Origin: Patescibacteria group bacterium
GTDB lineage: Bacteria > Patescibacteriota > Microgenomatia > Levybacterales > UBA12049
Direction of reading: 5' to 3'
Length of the DNA stretch: 64,000 nt
NCBI GenBank assembly: GCA_023473545.1
Contig: JAMCXO010000002.1
Span: 6,340 to 70,339 of the forward strand
Shown here: positions 38,301 through 48,215 of the stretch, piece by piece
Position numbering within the stretch: position 1 is the stretch's first letter
How the letters are laid out: the number at the start of each line of letters is the position of its first letter
Translations under genes and position numbers: made by a program
The notes under the pieces: model-generated
The model's database searches: none
The model's input: the letters and a program-made list of their open reading frames with translations, nothing else
Told to the model about the DNA's origin: nothing

Positions 38301-39347
38301 TTACCTACCGTCTTCCTCTTTTATATCTCCCTCTTGTGATTTCGCAGTTTCCGCCTGTTGTTCTTCTTTTTCTTTAATTTTCTCGGGCTTCTCTTCTGTT
38401 TCTTCCTCTTCCATTTCTATTCTGTAACCTGTAAGCCTTGACGCCAAACGCACATTTTGCCCGTCTTTGCCAATCGCCAGGGACAGTTCATCTTTTGGAA
38501 CGGCTACGATAGCAATTTTGTTTTCCTCATCTATTTTTATGCTTGTATTCTTGGCCGGTGAAAGGGCTTGGGCAATATAGCCTTTAATGTCTTCCTGCCA
38601 TTGAATAATATCTACCTTTTCCAATCCTCCAAGCTCAGCGATAATAGACTGAACCCTTACCCCTTTTTGACCAACGCAGCTTCCCACCGGATCTATGCCC
38701 GGCTGATTCGAATATACCGCCACCTTTGTCCTGTTGCCGGGCTCCCTGGCTATTGTTTTTATTAACACGTTTCCTTGGGCAATTTCCGGAACCTCCCGCT
38801 TAAATAATCCCTCAAGCAAACCGTTATGTGATCTTGAAACGATAATTTCTTCGCCTTTTAGACCTTTTCTAATTTCCGAAACATAGACCGATAACCTCTG
38901 ATTCAGATGATATCTCTCGTTTGGGATTTGCTCGGACGCAGGCATTATCCCCTCGGCCTTACCGATGTCAAAGATTACGTTGGGCCCGGCAAATCTAAGA
39001 ACCATTCCGCTCACAACAGTTCCAACCTTAGTTTTGTAATCGCTTAATATTGCCTCTTTTTCTCTTTCTCTTATTTTTTGAAGAATAACCTGCTTGGCTG
39101 TTTGGGCGGCGATTCTGCCAAATCCCGGAGGCGTTACATCCTTATCCCCGCAAAATATACGGGCTTCTCCTGTATTTTTATTTAAAGTTGCCCTATAATC
39201 TTCTATTTCTATTCCCGGATGGTCCTTCCTGTAAGCCGCAAGAATGGCATTCTCGACTGCTTCAATAACAACGGAGGCGTCTATCCCTCTTTCTGTTACC
39301 ACCTGGTTCAAGGCTAGGACGAATTCACTTCTTTGTATTGCCGGCAT
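38301..39347 (-). CDS. nusA: Transcription termination/antitermination factor NusA with an acidic C-terminal tail in place of the AR domains.
   Basis: N-terminal domain, S1 and two KH domains; tail EMEEEETEEKPEKIKEKEEQQAE. Confidence 0.9.
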   Translation of the reverse strand: MPAIQRSEFVLALNQVVTERGIDASVVIEAVENAILAAYRKDHPGIEIEDYRATLNKNTGEARIFCGDKDVTPPGFGRIAAQTAKQVILQKIREREKEAILSDYKTKVGTVVSGMVLRFAGPNVIFDIGKAEGIMPASEQIPNERYHLNQRLSVYVSEIRKGLKGEEIIVSRSHNGLLEGLFKREVPEIAQGNVLIKTIAREPGNRTKVAVYSNQPGIDPVGSCVGQKGVRVQSIIAELGGLEKVDIIQWQEDIKGYIAQALSPAKNTSIKIDEENKIAIVAVPKDELSLAIGKDGQNVRLASRLTGYRIEMEEEETEEKPEKIKEKEEQQAETAKSQEGDIKEEDGR

Positions 39348-39399
39348 AGTTTTGTAAGTATATCAAATCAGGCCATGGCCTTCAAGCGGCGGATAGAAA

Positions 39400-40527
39400 T
39401 TAGCGGATCAGCTTAGCCGAGGAGGTGGCAGTAATGCCTTCTGGCGTAACCAAGCAGTGGCTGTATTTTATCTCACAGCCAACATATTTTTGAATCTCCG
39501 AAAAATTCCCATTTCCCTTCCTTGGAATAAGCACCCATTCCCAGTCATATTTTTCCCCTGTCGGCGGATTTATCAAAAGTCCGAGCCGTCCGGTTGCGCT
39601 ATCTCCATAGTCCAATACACTGGTTTTAATTTGAGCATTCTTCATCTTTTCGGCAAGTCTTATAAAATCATCAAATTCGCTTTCTTTGATGTCCGTATCT
39701 ATACTGTTTTTAAGCGTATTATATAGTCCGATTATCTTGGCCGGGTTTAGAAGTGTCTGGGCAGAAAAGATTTTGTCTCTAAAGGCCTTAATTACCTTTT
39801 CCTGTCTTTTCGATCGGGCAAAATCCGTTCCTTCGGGTCCCAGGGCGTGCCGGGAACGCACAAACTCCAAAGCCTGTTCCCCGTTCATGTGCTGGAGGCC
39901 TTTGTTAAAATGAATATGCATATAGCGGCAGGGAAACATTTGCAGGTTCGAAAGCGTAGCAGATAGGCTGGCCATTGCCTTAATTTCTTCCGGCGTACGG
40001 CCGCAAGAATCGTTCTTCTTGCCCTTTATTGGATACGCATAGTCATCAAAAGATCTGTCAACAGAAATATCAAGTCCTCCTACCAAATCCACCGCCTTTA
40101 CAAATCCGTTAAAATCTACGCGAAGACCATAATCTATGGGCTGATTTAAAATCCTGCTAACGGTTGCCTCCGCCAATAAAAGTCCTTTATGTTTGTTATT
40201 ATTTTGCCCCAGGGCGTATGCCGTATTAATTTTACCCTTTAAATCCGGCACCCAAAGATCCCTGGGTATGGATATAATGTTAACCTTATTTGTTTTTTGA
40301 TCTATACTCATAAAGATAATGGTGTCTGTGAGGTTTGGCCCGTCGTGACTGCCGCCGCCCGTACCAAGCAAAAGCAAATTTATATGATCGTCGTTTTTTT
40401 TAAGTGCTATGTTATTAGTAAACATAAACTGCCATAAGAAAGGCAGATTTTTATTGATAAAAAAAGCCGCCAGCCCAAGCAAGGCAATAAATACCAACGC
40501 AATATAAAATAATATTTTCTTATTCAT
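39400..40527 (-). CDS. LytR-CpsA-Psr (LCP) family cell-envelope phosphotransferase.
   Basis: N-terminal TM and the LCP core (LLLLGTGGG...DTIIFMSID...NIISIPRDLWV). Confidence 0.8.
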   Translation of the reverse strand: MNKKILFYIALVFIALLGLAAFFINKNLPFLWQFMFTNNIALKKNDDHINLLLLGTGGGSHDGPNLTDTIIFMSIDQKTNKVNIISIPRDLWVPDLKGKINTAYALGQNNNKHKGLLLAEATVSRILNQPIDYGLRVDFNGFVKAVDLVGGLDISVDRSFDDYAYPIKGKKNDSCGRTPEEIKAMASLSATLSNLQMFPCRYMHIHFNKGLQHMNGEQALEFVRSRHALGPEGTDFARSKRQEKVIKAFRDKIFSAQTLLNPAKIIGLYNTLKNSIDTDIKESEFDDFIRLAEKMKNAQIKTSVLDYGDSATGRLGLLINPPTGEKYDWEWVLIPRKGNGNFSEIQKYVGCEIKYSHCLVTPEGITATSSAKLIR

Positions 40528-40531
40528 TTTT

Positions 40532-41206
40532 CTATGAAGATTTTACGATTGCGGCAAATTCTAAAGGATCAAGACTTCCGCCCCCCACCAAAACCCCATC
40601 AATGTGTTCTTGGCTTGTAAAGCCGTGAATGTTCCCCGCGCTCACGCTCCCGCCGTATAAAACGGGCACGCCGCCGAGTTTGCTTTTGATTTCTCCCGCC
40701 ATTTTTTCCGCGTTTTCAGGAGTATCAGCAACACCGGAACCGATAGCAAATAAGGGCTCATAGGCAATGATGTAATTTTTAATTTTTAATTTTAAATTTT
40801 TGACTTGCTCTAAATTAGATATACAAATTATGGGAATTAAATCATGCCTTATGGACTGCTCAATTTTTTTTAAAATCATGTTCTCTTCTTCTCCAAAATA
40901 TCTTCTTCTTTCCGAATGCCCGATGATGACATAATCAGCAAACTCCTTAATCTGTCTTCCACTTACCTCTCCCGTATAAGCCCCTTCCTCAAAAGGCGAA
41001 ATATCCTGAGCGCCTAATTTGATTAATGATTTATAATTAATGATTAATGATTTAAGAATAGGCAGCAGGATAAAAGGCGGACAAACAATGATTTTCCTCT
41101 TGTCTCTTGTCTCTTGCCTGATGCCTGATACTTTCCGAAGCCACTCTTTGGCCTCCGGTTCGGTCTTATTCGCTTTCCAGTTGGCCACAATAAATAAAGG
41201 TTTCAT
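40532..41206 (-). CDS. tpiA: Triosephosphate isomerase.
   Basis: ANWKAN, IIGHSERR, and the AYEPLFAIGSG and YGGSV blocks. Confidence 0.85.
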   Translation of the reverse strand: MKPLFIVANWKANKTEPEAKEWLRKVSGIRQETRDKRKIIVCPPFILLPILKSLIINYKSLIKLGAQDISPFEEGAYTGEVSGRQIKEFADYVIIGHSERRRYFGEEENMILKKIEQSIRHDLIPIICISNLEQVKNLKLKIKNYIIAYEPLFAIGSGVADTPENAEKMAGEIKSKLGGVPVLYGGSVSAGNIHGFTSQEHIDGVLVGGGSLDPLEFAAIVKSS

Positions 41207-41242
41207 ATGGTAAAATTATAAACAGTCTATTCATTATACGCT

Positions 41243-43132
41243 ATGGACAATAATTTTCTCAATGAGCTGAATAAGGAACAAAAGAAAGCGGTTGAGCAAA
41301 CCGATGGGCCAATGATAATTTTGGCCGGTGCAGGATCCGGCAAAACCAGGGTTATTACCTATAAGGTGATTTTTCTTATTAAACAAGGGGTTGCGGCGCA
41401 AAATATCCTCTGTGTTACTTTCACCAATAAAGCCGCCAATGAAATGAAAGAGCGAATCCAAAAACTTCTCACTACGAACGAGAAACGACCAACGGCTAAA
41501 GACCAGCCGCTCATTACCACCTTCCACTCCCTCTCTGCCAAAATCTTAAGAATTGAAGGAGAGGCAATCGGCATTCCCCAAGGCTTTATCATTTATGATG
41601 AGAATGACCAGCTCGATGCGGTAAAAGAAGCAATGAAAAACCTTAATCTTTCCGCTAAGAATTACAAGCCTTCTTCCGTTCTGTTTTCAATCTCAAGCGC
41701 CAAAAACGAGCTTTTAACGCCTCCTGACTACAAAAATTTGGCCCGGGGCCATTTTCAGGAAGTTGTCGCAAGTATCTATTTTGTCTATCAAAAAATCTTA
41801 AAAGAAAACGGTGCTTTGGATTTTGACGATTTACTGATGAAAACCATTGAACTTTTTGAAAAAGAGCCGCCGGTGTTGGCAAAATATCAAAACCGCTTTC
41901 GCTATATCTTGGTTGATGAATATCAGGATACCAACCGAGCCCAGTATATTCTGACAAAAATGCTCTGCCTCAAATGGCAAAATATCTGTGTGGTAGGCGA
42001 TTTTTCCCAAAGCATCTACTCATGGCGCGGGGCGGATTTTACCAATTTAACTAAATTTAGACGGGATTTCAAAGAAGTGAAAATTTTTGAACTCCCCCAA
42101 AACTACCGCTCCACCCAAAAAATTCTGGACGCGGCCACCTCGGTTATTTCTCATAATACCACCCATCCGATCCTGACGCTTTGGACAGAAAATCCCCACG
42201 GAGAAAATATTACTGTTTATGAGGCAAGGAATGAGCAAAACGAAGGAGAATTTATTGTCAATCAAATTTTAAACTTTAAGTTTCAGTCCGCCAACCGGCA
42301 AACAGACTTCAAATATTGCGACACTGCTGTTCTTTACAGAACTAACGCCCAGTCACGGGTCATCGAGGAGATTTTTTTACATAGCGGCATCCCCTATGTC
42401 TTAATCGGGGGCACCAGATTCTATGAGAGGCGCGAGATAAAAGATGTCCTAGCCTACCTGCGCCTTTTAGCCAACCCCAAAGACATGATTTCCTACAAAA
42501 GAATTGAAAAACTGGGCAAGGGAAGAATGGGAAAATTTCTCAGCTACCAAGAGCACTTAAATAATACATATCATTTAGACAAAACAGCTAATCTGCCTCC
42601 TACCATCACGTTATTAGATGGCGTTCTAAAGACAACCGACTATCTTTCTCTTTACGACGCAAGGGACGAAGAAGACAAACAACGCCTCGAAAATATTAAG
42701 GAACTGCGCTCGGTGGCGGTAGAATTTCCCGGCCTAATCGCTTTTTTGGAGAATGTCTCTCTGGTCGAACAGGAATACCTGCCTGATCATCCGCTTCGAA
42801 ACGGAGAGAAAAAAGACGCGGTAGTACTTATGACCCTCCACGCGGCAAAGGGACTTGAGTTCAAAATAGTTTTCATGGTTGGCATGGAAGAGGGGCTTTT
42901 TCCCCATTCCAGAAGTCTAATGGATAAGAATGAATTGGAAGAAGAGAGAAGGCTTTGCTATGTTGGCATAACAAGGGCCAGGGAAAGGCTTTTCTTAAGT
43001 TATGCCCGAAGGCGCTTATTTTTTGGACAGAAAACCGCGAATGTGGTTTCAAGATTTATCTTTGAGCTGCCGGAGGATGTTCTCAAGAAAAATCTTAAAT
43101 CTCAAAATCAGAATGATCTTAAGTATCTATGA
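41243..43132 (+). CDS. ATP-dependent DNA helicase, UvrD/PcrA family.
   Basis: Walker A AGAGSGKT and UvrD helicase motifs throughout (TFHS, VDEYQDTN, YRS, VGITRAR). Confidence 0.9.
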   Translation: MDNNFLNELNKEQKKAVEQTDGPMIILAGAGSGKTRVITYKVIFLIKQGVAAQNILCVTFTNKAANEMKERIQKLLTTNEKRPTAKDQPLITTFHSLSAKILRIEGEAIGIPQGFIIYDENDQLDAVKEAMKNLNLSAKNYKPSSVLFSISSAKNELLTPPDYKNLARGHFQEVVASIYFVYQKILKENGALDFDDLLMKTIELFEKEPPVLAKYQNRFRYILVDEYQDTNRAQYILTKMLCLKWQNICVVGDFSQSIYSWRGADFTNLTKFRRDFKEVKIFELPQNYRSTQKILDAATSVISHNTTHPILTLWTENPHGENITVYEARNEQNEGEFIVNQILNFKFQSANRQTDFKYCDTAVLYRTNAQSRVIEEIFLHSGIPYVLIGGTRFYERREIKDVLAYLRLLANPKDMISYKRIEKLGKGRMGKFLSYQEHLNNTYHLDKTANLPPTITLLDGVLKTTDYLSLYDARDEEDKQRLENIKELRSVAVEFPGLIAFLENVSLVEQEYLPDHPLRNGEKKDAVVLMTLHAAKGLEFKIVFMVGMEEGLFPHSRSLMDKNELEEERRLCYVGITRARERLFLSYARRRLFFGQKTANVVSRFIFELPEDVLKKNLKSQNQNDLKYL

Positions 43133-44115
43133 ATAACGGCAATAATGAATACGCAGGGCATCCTTTGCAGAGTCTTGAGTGGGGAAAATTCAGACAAAAA
43201 ACAAAGGTAAAGGTTATTCGCCAAAACGGCTGGCAGATTACGATTCACAAAATCCCTCACACTCCTTGGGCAATAGGCTATTTTCCTAAGGGTCCCCCCC
43301 CGGATAAAGAAATGCTCAAACATCTTATACGAATTGGCAAAGATAATCATTGTATTTTTATTCAGCTGGAACCAAACGCGCAAAAAATTTCAAATTTCAA
43401 ATTTCAAATTTCAAATTTAGGATTACGTCCTTCCTTCCACCCTTTATTTACCAAATATACTTTTATTCTTGATTTAACAAAATCCGAAGAGGAATTATTG
43501 AAAAACATGCATCCTAAAACCCGGTACAACATTAAGATTGCCCAAAAGCACGCTGTGACAATCGTTGAGGATAATTCGGATAAGGCCTTTGAAGAATATC
43601 TAAAACTGACTAAGGAAACAACAAAACGGCAAGGTTTTTTTGCCCATGATGAAAAATATCACCGGCTGATGTGGGAAACCTTAAAAAGCCAAAAGCCAGA
43701 CGAAAATAAGCTAACCGCACATTTACTGTTAGCAAAATTCCGCCCTCCGAAATCTGGAATACGAGATCTGACCCTTGCCGCCTGGATTCTCTTTGTTTAC
43801 GGCGGCACCCTTTACTATCCTTACGGGGCGTCTTCCGATCAATATCGAAACGTGATGGCTTCAAGTCTAATGATGTGGGAGGCAATCAGATTCGGCAAGA
43901 AACTGGGTCTTAAAAAATTTGATATGTGGGGATCTCTTGGCCCAAATCCTAATAAGGAAGATCCATGGTATGGATTCCATCGGTTTAAGCAAGGTTATAA
44001 AGCAGAATTGGTCGAATTCGTCGGCAGCTTCGATTTGGTTATCAACCCTTTGCTCTATGTAATTCTTAGGATAACAGATCGTTTGCGTTGGTTTTTGCTC
44101 CGATTTATAAGATGA
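43129..44115 (+). CDS. FemAB-family peptidyl-transferase (peptidoglycan interpeptide bridge formation type).
   Basis: FemAB-like blocks (NMHPKTRYNIKIAQK...; LLLAKF...AAWILFVYGGTLYYPYGASS). It overlaps the uvrD stop and contains a heptamer repeat. Confidence 0.65.
   Translation: MNNGNNEYAGHPLQSLEWGKFRQKTKVKVIRQNGWQITIHKIPHTPWAIGYFPKGPPPDKEMLKHLIRIGKDNHCIFIQLEPNAQKISNFKFQISNLGLRPSFHPLFTKYTFILDLTKSEEELLKNMHPKTRYNIKIAQKHAVTIVEDNSDKAFEEYLKLTKETTKRQGFFAHDEKYHRLMWETLKSQKPDENKLTAHLLLAKFRPPKSGIRDLTLAAWILFVYGGTLYYPYGASSDQYRNVMASSLMMWEAIRFGKKLGLKKFDMWGSLGPNPNKEDPWYGFHRFKQGYKAELVEFVGSFDLVINPLLYVILRITDRLRWFLLRFIR
43391..43418 (+). repeat. Perfect tandem heptanucleotide repeat (CAAATTT)x4 inside the FemAB-family CDS, encoding ISNFKFQISN.
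   Basis: Seen directly in the sequence. The unit length is not a multiple of 3, so a gain or loss of one unit would shift the frame. Confidence 0.8.
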
Positions 44116-45842
44116 TGCTCGCCAGAAGGATACTAAATAGGTTAGAAAAGACAAATCTTCTTTATCTTTTTACCGTCATTTTTATTTTCGCCTTTATTGT
44201 TTACGGCCTATCGCTTTTTAACGGCTTTGTTTGGGACGACGAAGAGCAGGTTACGGCAAATTCCATCATACAGCATCTCTCCAATATCCCATACCTTTTT
44301 GCCACCAGCACCTTTAATAACGGAGGAGCCAGCGGCCTTTCCGGATTATACTATAAACCGCTAATGCCGGTATCGTTTGCCTTAAACTACGCAATCTGGC
44401 AAGGCCACCCGTTCGGTTTTCATCTGTTCAGTCTTGCCTTGCATATATTAAATACCTTTTTGGTGTTTATTCTTTTTAAGAAACTTTTTTCCTGGAAAGG
44501 ATTTAATTACGCAAACAGTATCTCCTTTCTGCTAGCGCTGTTATTCCTGGTTCATCCGGCAAATGTTGAAAGCGTTTCCTACATAGCAAGCACCCAGGAA
44601 CTTTTGTATACGTTTTTTACGCTAATTTGTGTTATTGTCTCTTTAACTTATTTTCTGGATAATAAAACCTCTTTTAAAATACTGCTTTTTATTAATGCCG
44701 CTATCTTGCTGTCTTTGCTGTCCAAGGAATCGGGTATTATCTCCATACCATTGGTAATAATGCTTAGTTTTCTTTTCAAGAAGAAAAAACTTTACGTTAT
44801 AGCCTCAAGCGCTGTTACTTTTTTAATTTATTTAACACTGCGCTTTGCTGTTGCCAAAACGCCTATTTTTAACAGCAAATCAATCGTGCCCATAGCCCAG
44901 GCAGATTTCCCAACCAGGCTAAAGACGGTTCCCTATGAATTGTTTTCCTATATTCGATTGCTATTTTTTCCAAAAGACCTGTTCGTTGCCCAATATAACG
45001 TAATTAAAAGCATCTCTGATCCAAGATTTTATTTATGCCTTGCTGCCTGTTTAATATTTTTCTCCATATTGATTATTTTCTATAGAAGAATCAAATCTAG
45101 GCTGTATCTGTTTTTTTTATTTTGGTTTATCTTCGCGATAGGGATTGTTTTAAATATTTATCCTTTGGATATGACCATTGCCGAACGATGGCTGTATGGC
45201 CCCATGATAGCGTTACTTGGCATGATCGGAACGGTTATCCTTTTCTGCGCTAAGAAAGACAATAGAATCATCGTCTGGTTTTCTATACTCTGTCTTTTTG
45301 TTATTCCTCTCTTTGCCGCAAGAAGCCTTATCCGCTCGATTGACTGGAAAAGCGACTTTAGCCTATTTTCGCATGATATTAAATATTCCGGTAATTCATT
45401 TGAGGCTCAAAACAATCTCGGCGTCGCGCTTTTTAGAAAGGGAAAATTCAAAGATGCCAAAATCCATTTTGAAAAATCAATAGCCTTATCTCCAAAATGG
45501 TGGACATCCTATAACAACTTAGGCGTTGTCTATGAACGGGAAGATAATCTGCCCAAGGCGTTAAGTCTTTACAAAAAATCCATCGTAAACGGCAACTATT
45601 ACTTAGGCTATGAAAATTTTGCCAAAATACTTTTCCGCGAGAAAAAATGGAGCCAGCTTATCAGATTTACGAAAAACGCCCTTGTTAAATTACCGCTTAA
45701 CGAAACGTTAAATAAATTGGCCGCGGTTTCCTATTACCGGACTAATAAAATGGCCAAAGCCAGGCTCTATGCCAAACAGGCTTTCCTGATTGATCCTTCT
45801 TCCGGAAACTACGCGTTTCTTCAGTTTCTTGAGAATAGATGA
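44088..45842 (+). CDS. Polytopic membrane protein with C-terminal TPR repeats (TMTC/PMT_2-like putative glycosyltransferase).
   Basis: About 10 N-terminal TM helices and C-terminal TPR-like repeats (NNLGVALFRKGKFKDAKIHFEKSIALSP, YNNLGVVYERE). Confidence 0.55.
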   Translation: MVFAPIYKMMLARRILNRLEKTNLLYLFTVIFIFAFIVYGLSLFNGFVWDDEEQVTANSIIQHLSNIPYLFATSTFNNGGASGLSGLYYKPLMPVSFALNYAIWQGHPFGFHLFSLALHILNTFLVFILFKKLFSWKGFNYANSISFLLALLFLVHPANVESVSYIASTQELLYTFFTLICVIVSLTYFLDNKTSFKILLFINAAILLSLLSKESGIISIPLVIMLSFLFKKKKLYVIASSAVTFLIYLTLRFAVAKTPIFNSKSIVPIAQADFPTRLKTVPYELFSYIRLLFFPKDLFVAQYNVIKSISDPRFYLCLAACLIFFSILIIFYRRIKSRLYLFFLFWFIFAIGIVLNIYPLDMTIAERWLYGPMIALLGMIGTVILFCAKKDNRIIVWFSILCLFVIPLFAARSLIRSIDWKSDFSLFSHDIKYSGNSFEAQNNLGVALFRKGKFKDAKIHFEKSIALSPKWWTSYNNLGVVYEREDNLPKALSLYKKSIVNGNYYLGYENFAKILFREKKWSQLIRFTKNALVKLPLNETLNKLAAVSYYRTNKMAKARLYAKQAFLIDPSSGNYAFLQFLENR

Positions 45843-45852
45843 ATCGCGGGAT

Positions 45853-47598
45853 TTATCTTTTTTGCTGATGGTACATGCTTATTAGCTCTTTTACGCTGGT
45901 GGCGTCTTCCGCCTTTTTATCAACGCCTCTAAATGAAACCAAGCGGGGAAATCTTAAGGCATACCCCGGCTCCTCCCCGGTCTTTCCGGCGGTATGGATT
46001 GGGGAGCGGGTAATTTCATCCGCCAAAACCTCAACAACAATCTTTGGTTCAACCCAAACGCTTGGCGTGATTAAAGAATTGACCCTTGCCGGCTTAGCCT
46101 GAACCTTAAATTTTGAACTTTGAACTTTTATTTCCCGCCACTCCTCATCCGTTAGTCCGGTGCCGATTTTGGAAACCGTTACAAACTCATCTTTTTTATC
46201 ATCATAAAGCCCTGCCAAAAGCGCTCCCGCGCCAAAGGCTGTCCTTTTCCCTTTGCCGGAAATATAACCTAAAACCACGCAGTCAATTGTATCGCGCAGC
46301 TCTCCGGCTGAATGCCGTTTGAGCTTGACCCAGTTAAAATTTCTTCCTCCTGCCTCGTATTTACTCTCAAGTTTTTTTACCACTATCCCTTCCAAACCTT
46401 TAGAGATTGCGTCATCAAGAATTAAACCAAGTTTTTTCGGATCCGAAACCCTTTGATCTTTGGTTGGAATAAGAATACCATTCTCTTTAATTGTCCCGTG
46501 AAGTATTTCAAGCCTTTTATAAAGCGGCTCGTCAATTAAAGATCTTCCGTTTTCATAAAGAATGTCAAAAACGAATGCCTTAAGAGGCAGTTTTTGGGCC
46601 ATTTCTTCAATACCGTATTTTCGGCGCCTTTTGGTGGTTTCCTGAAAAGGCAGAAATTCTTCGGACTCCAGATTGTATGCTAATGCCTCGGCATCAAGAA
46701 TTGCTGTTTTAGCCTTTACCTGCCTTATTGTTCCTTCGATAAGCTCTGGAAACATATTGGTCATGTTCTCAAGGTTTCTGGAAAACATAAAGACCTCTTT
46801 GCCATTCTTATGGATTTGGATCCTGAATCCATCGTATTTATACTGCGCGTCAACCTCTCTCATTTTCTCAATGACTTTATCCGTAGTCGTAAGACGCTCG
46901 CAGAGTTCCGACCTTATTGGCTTACCAACCTGGACTTTAAGTTTTTCAACCTCATTTAATCCTTTATCAAAAAGGGTTTTGGCAATAAGACCAAGATCTG
47001 ATGTTCGGTTATAAGCTCCTTCCAAAAGCTTTCTTTTAGAACGGTCTCCTAATTTTGCCTTTGCCAACGCGTCCAGAATGGTTGGGTCCCCAATGCCTAA
47101 GCGAAGATTTCCCAAAGGAATGCGAACCAGATGTTTTGCCGAGATCGGATCCAGTTTTTTAAGAAGATCTGATAGGAGGAACTGCTTTCTTTCAACCGTT
47201 CCGGTACCTTTTGTCTTGGCAATCTGAACCAGAATATTAAATACTTCTGTAACCGATAAATCTTGGAGTTTGGACTTTGGGTTTTGGGTTAGCTGTACCG
47301 CAACTATCCCCATGTCGCCTAGTTTGGTATACAATCCCAGAACTTCTTCTTTCTTGGAACCATACGCCAGTGCCATTGCCTGGGCAACCGTCTTCTCCGC
47401 CATGCCAATTTCTAAAGGCTCAAAAAAAGGGGCGATTCTCCCTTGCGTCAGATAGATAACCTTTTCTACCTCGCTTTTTGAACATTGTTTAAAAAGATCG
47501 GAAAGAATATCAATAAGGGCAAGGCGCGAGGGAGTTTTTTCAAGTTTTTCAAAATAATCCGCCAGAAGGGAAAACCGCATACAGAAGTATTTTAACAT
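45853..47598 (-). CDS. lig: ATP-dependent DNA ligase (archaeal/eukaryal-type).
   Basis: Motif I KYDGFR, motif V LEGIVVKK, and an OB-fold domain at the C-terminus. Confidence 0.85.
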   Translation of the reverse strand: MLKYFCMRFSLLADYFEKLEKTPSRLALIDILSDLFKQCSKSEVEKVIYLTQGRIAPFFEPLEIGMAEKTVAQAMALAYGSKKEEVLGLYTKLGDMGIVAVQLTQNPKSKLQDLSVTEVFNILVQIAKTKGTGTVERKQFLLSDLLKKLDPISAKHLVRIPLGNLRLGIGDPTILDALAKAKLGDRSKRKLLEGAYNRTSDLGLIAKTLFDKGLNEVEKLKVQVGKPIRSELCERLTTTDKVIEKMREVDAQYKYDGFRIQIHKNGKEVFMFSRNLENMTNMFPELIEGTIRQVKAKTAILDAEALAYNLESEEFLPFQETTKRRRKYGIEEMAQKLPLKAFVFDILYENGRSLIDEPLYKRLEILHGTIKENGILIPTKDQRVSDPKKLGLILDDAISKGLEGIVVKKLESKYEAGGRNFNWVKLKRHSAGELRDTIDCVVLGYISGKGKRTAFGAGALLAGLYDDKKDEFVTVSKIGTGLTDEEWREIKVQSSKFKVQAKPARVNSLITPSVWVEPKIVVEVLADEITRSPIHTAGKTGEEPGYALRFPRLVSFRGVDKKAEDATSVKELISMYHQQKR

Positions 47599-47624
47599 AA
47601 AAATATGCTATACTTTGCTTTTAT

Positions 47625-48215
47625 ATGGACAAAGAGAAAGAGGGGGAACCAAAAACAGAATTAACAATCCTGCCTCCTGCTGTTTCGCTGGCACTGGGCA
47701 CGTGGATAACAACCAATATCTTATCACAAGATAGAATCAACGCGCTACAGCAGCAGATTAAATCGGTTGGCGACCCGCTATTTAAAGGAGTGTTGGAAGA
47801 GGCTATGTCACAACTGCAGGAAAACCTAACGGGATTGGCAAGAGATCTCCGGGAAGGAAGGGTTGCTCTCGCGCAAAATCCTCAAAGCCCACACTTTGAT
47901 CAATCGCCACACTTTATATTTCAAAACGTAGAGCCGCCAGCACAAATGCCTACTGAACTGCCAGAGGGAGAACTATTTTTAGGCAATCCTCAAGCAACAA
48001 TGTTTATACTCACGTTTGCCGAACGTTTTGATAATTGGATTACTCCATTCGGACTCGACAGGAGAATCTATGCAAATTTATTACCGGTGAAAAAAGAAGT
48101 AGATGGACTAAAAAATGTTCCTAATGGTCTAATGATTAATATTGACAAAGATCGTAAAACGGCATCCTTAAATCCAGCGCCTGCCCAAAATCTTCCTGAA
48201 ACTTCGGACCTATAA
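47625..48215 (+). CDS. Hypothetical protein with higher-than-local GC.
   Basis: ORF only; no family recognised. Confidence 0.35.
   Translation: MDKEKEGEPKTELTILPPAVSLALGTWITTNILSQDRINALQQQIKSVGDPLFKGVLEEAMSQLQENLTGLARDLREGRVALAQNPQSPHFDQSPHFIFQNVEPPAQMPTELPEGELFLGNPQATMFILTFAERFDNWITPFGLDRRIYANLLPVKKEVDGLKNVPNGLMINIDKDRKTASLNPAPAQNLPETSDL

Noticed and set aside
41234-41592. Two - strand ORFs (97 and 77 aa) at the uvrD 5' end.
   Set aside because: They are antisense to the helicase N-terminus and the tpiA/uvrD intergenic region, and show no conservation signals.
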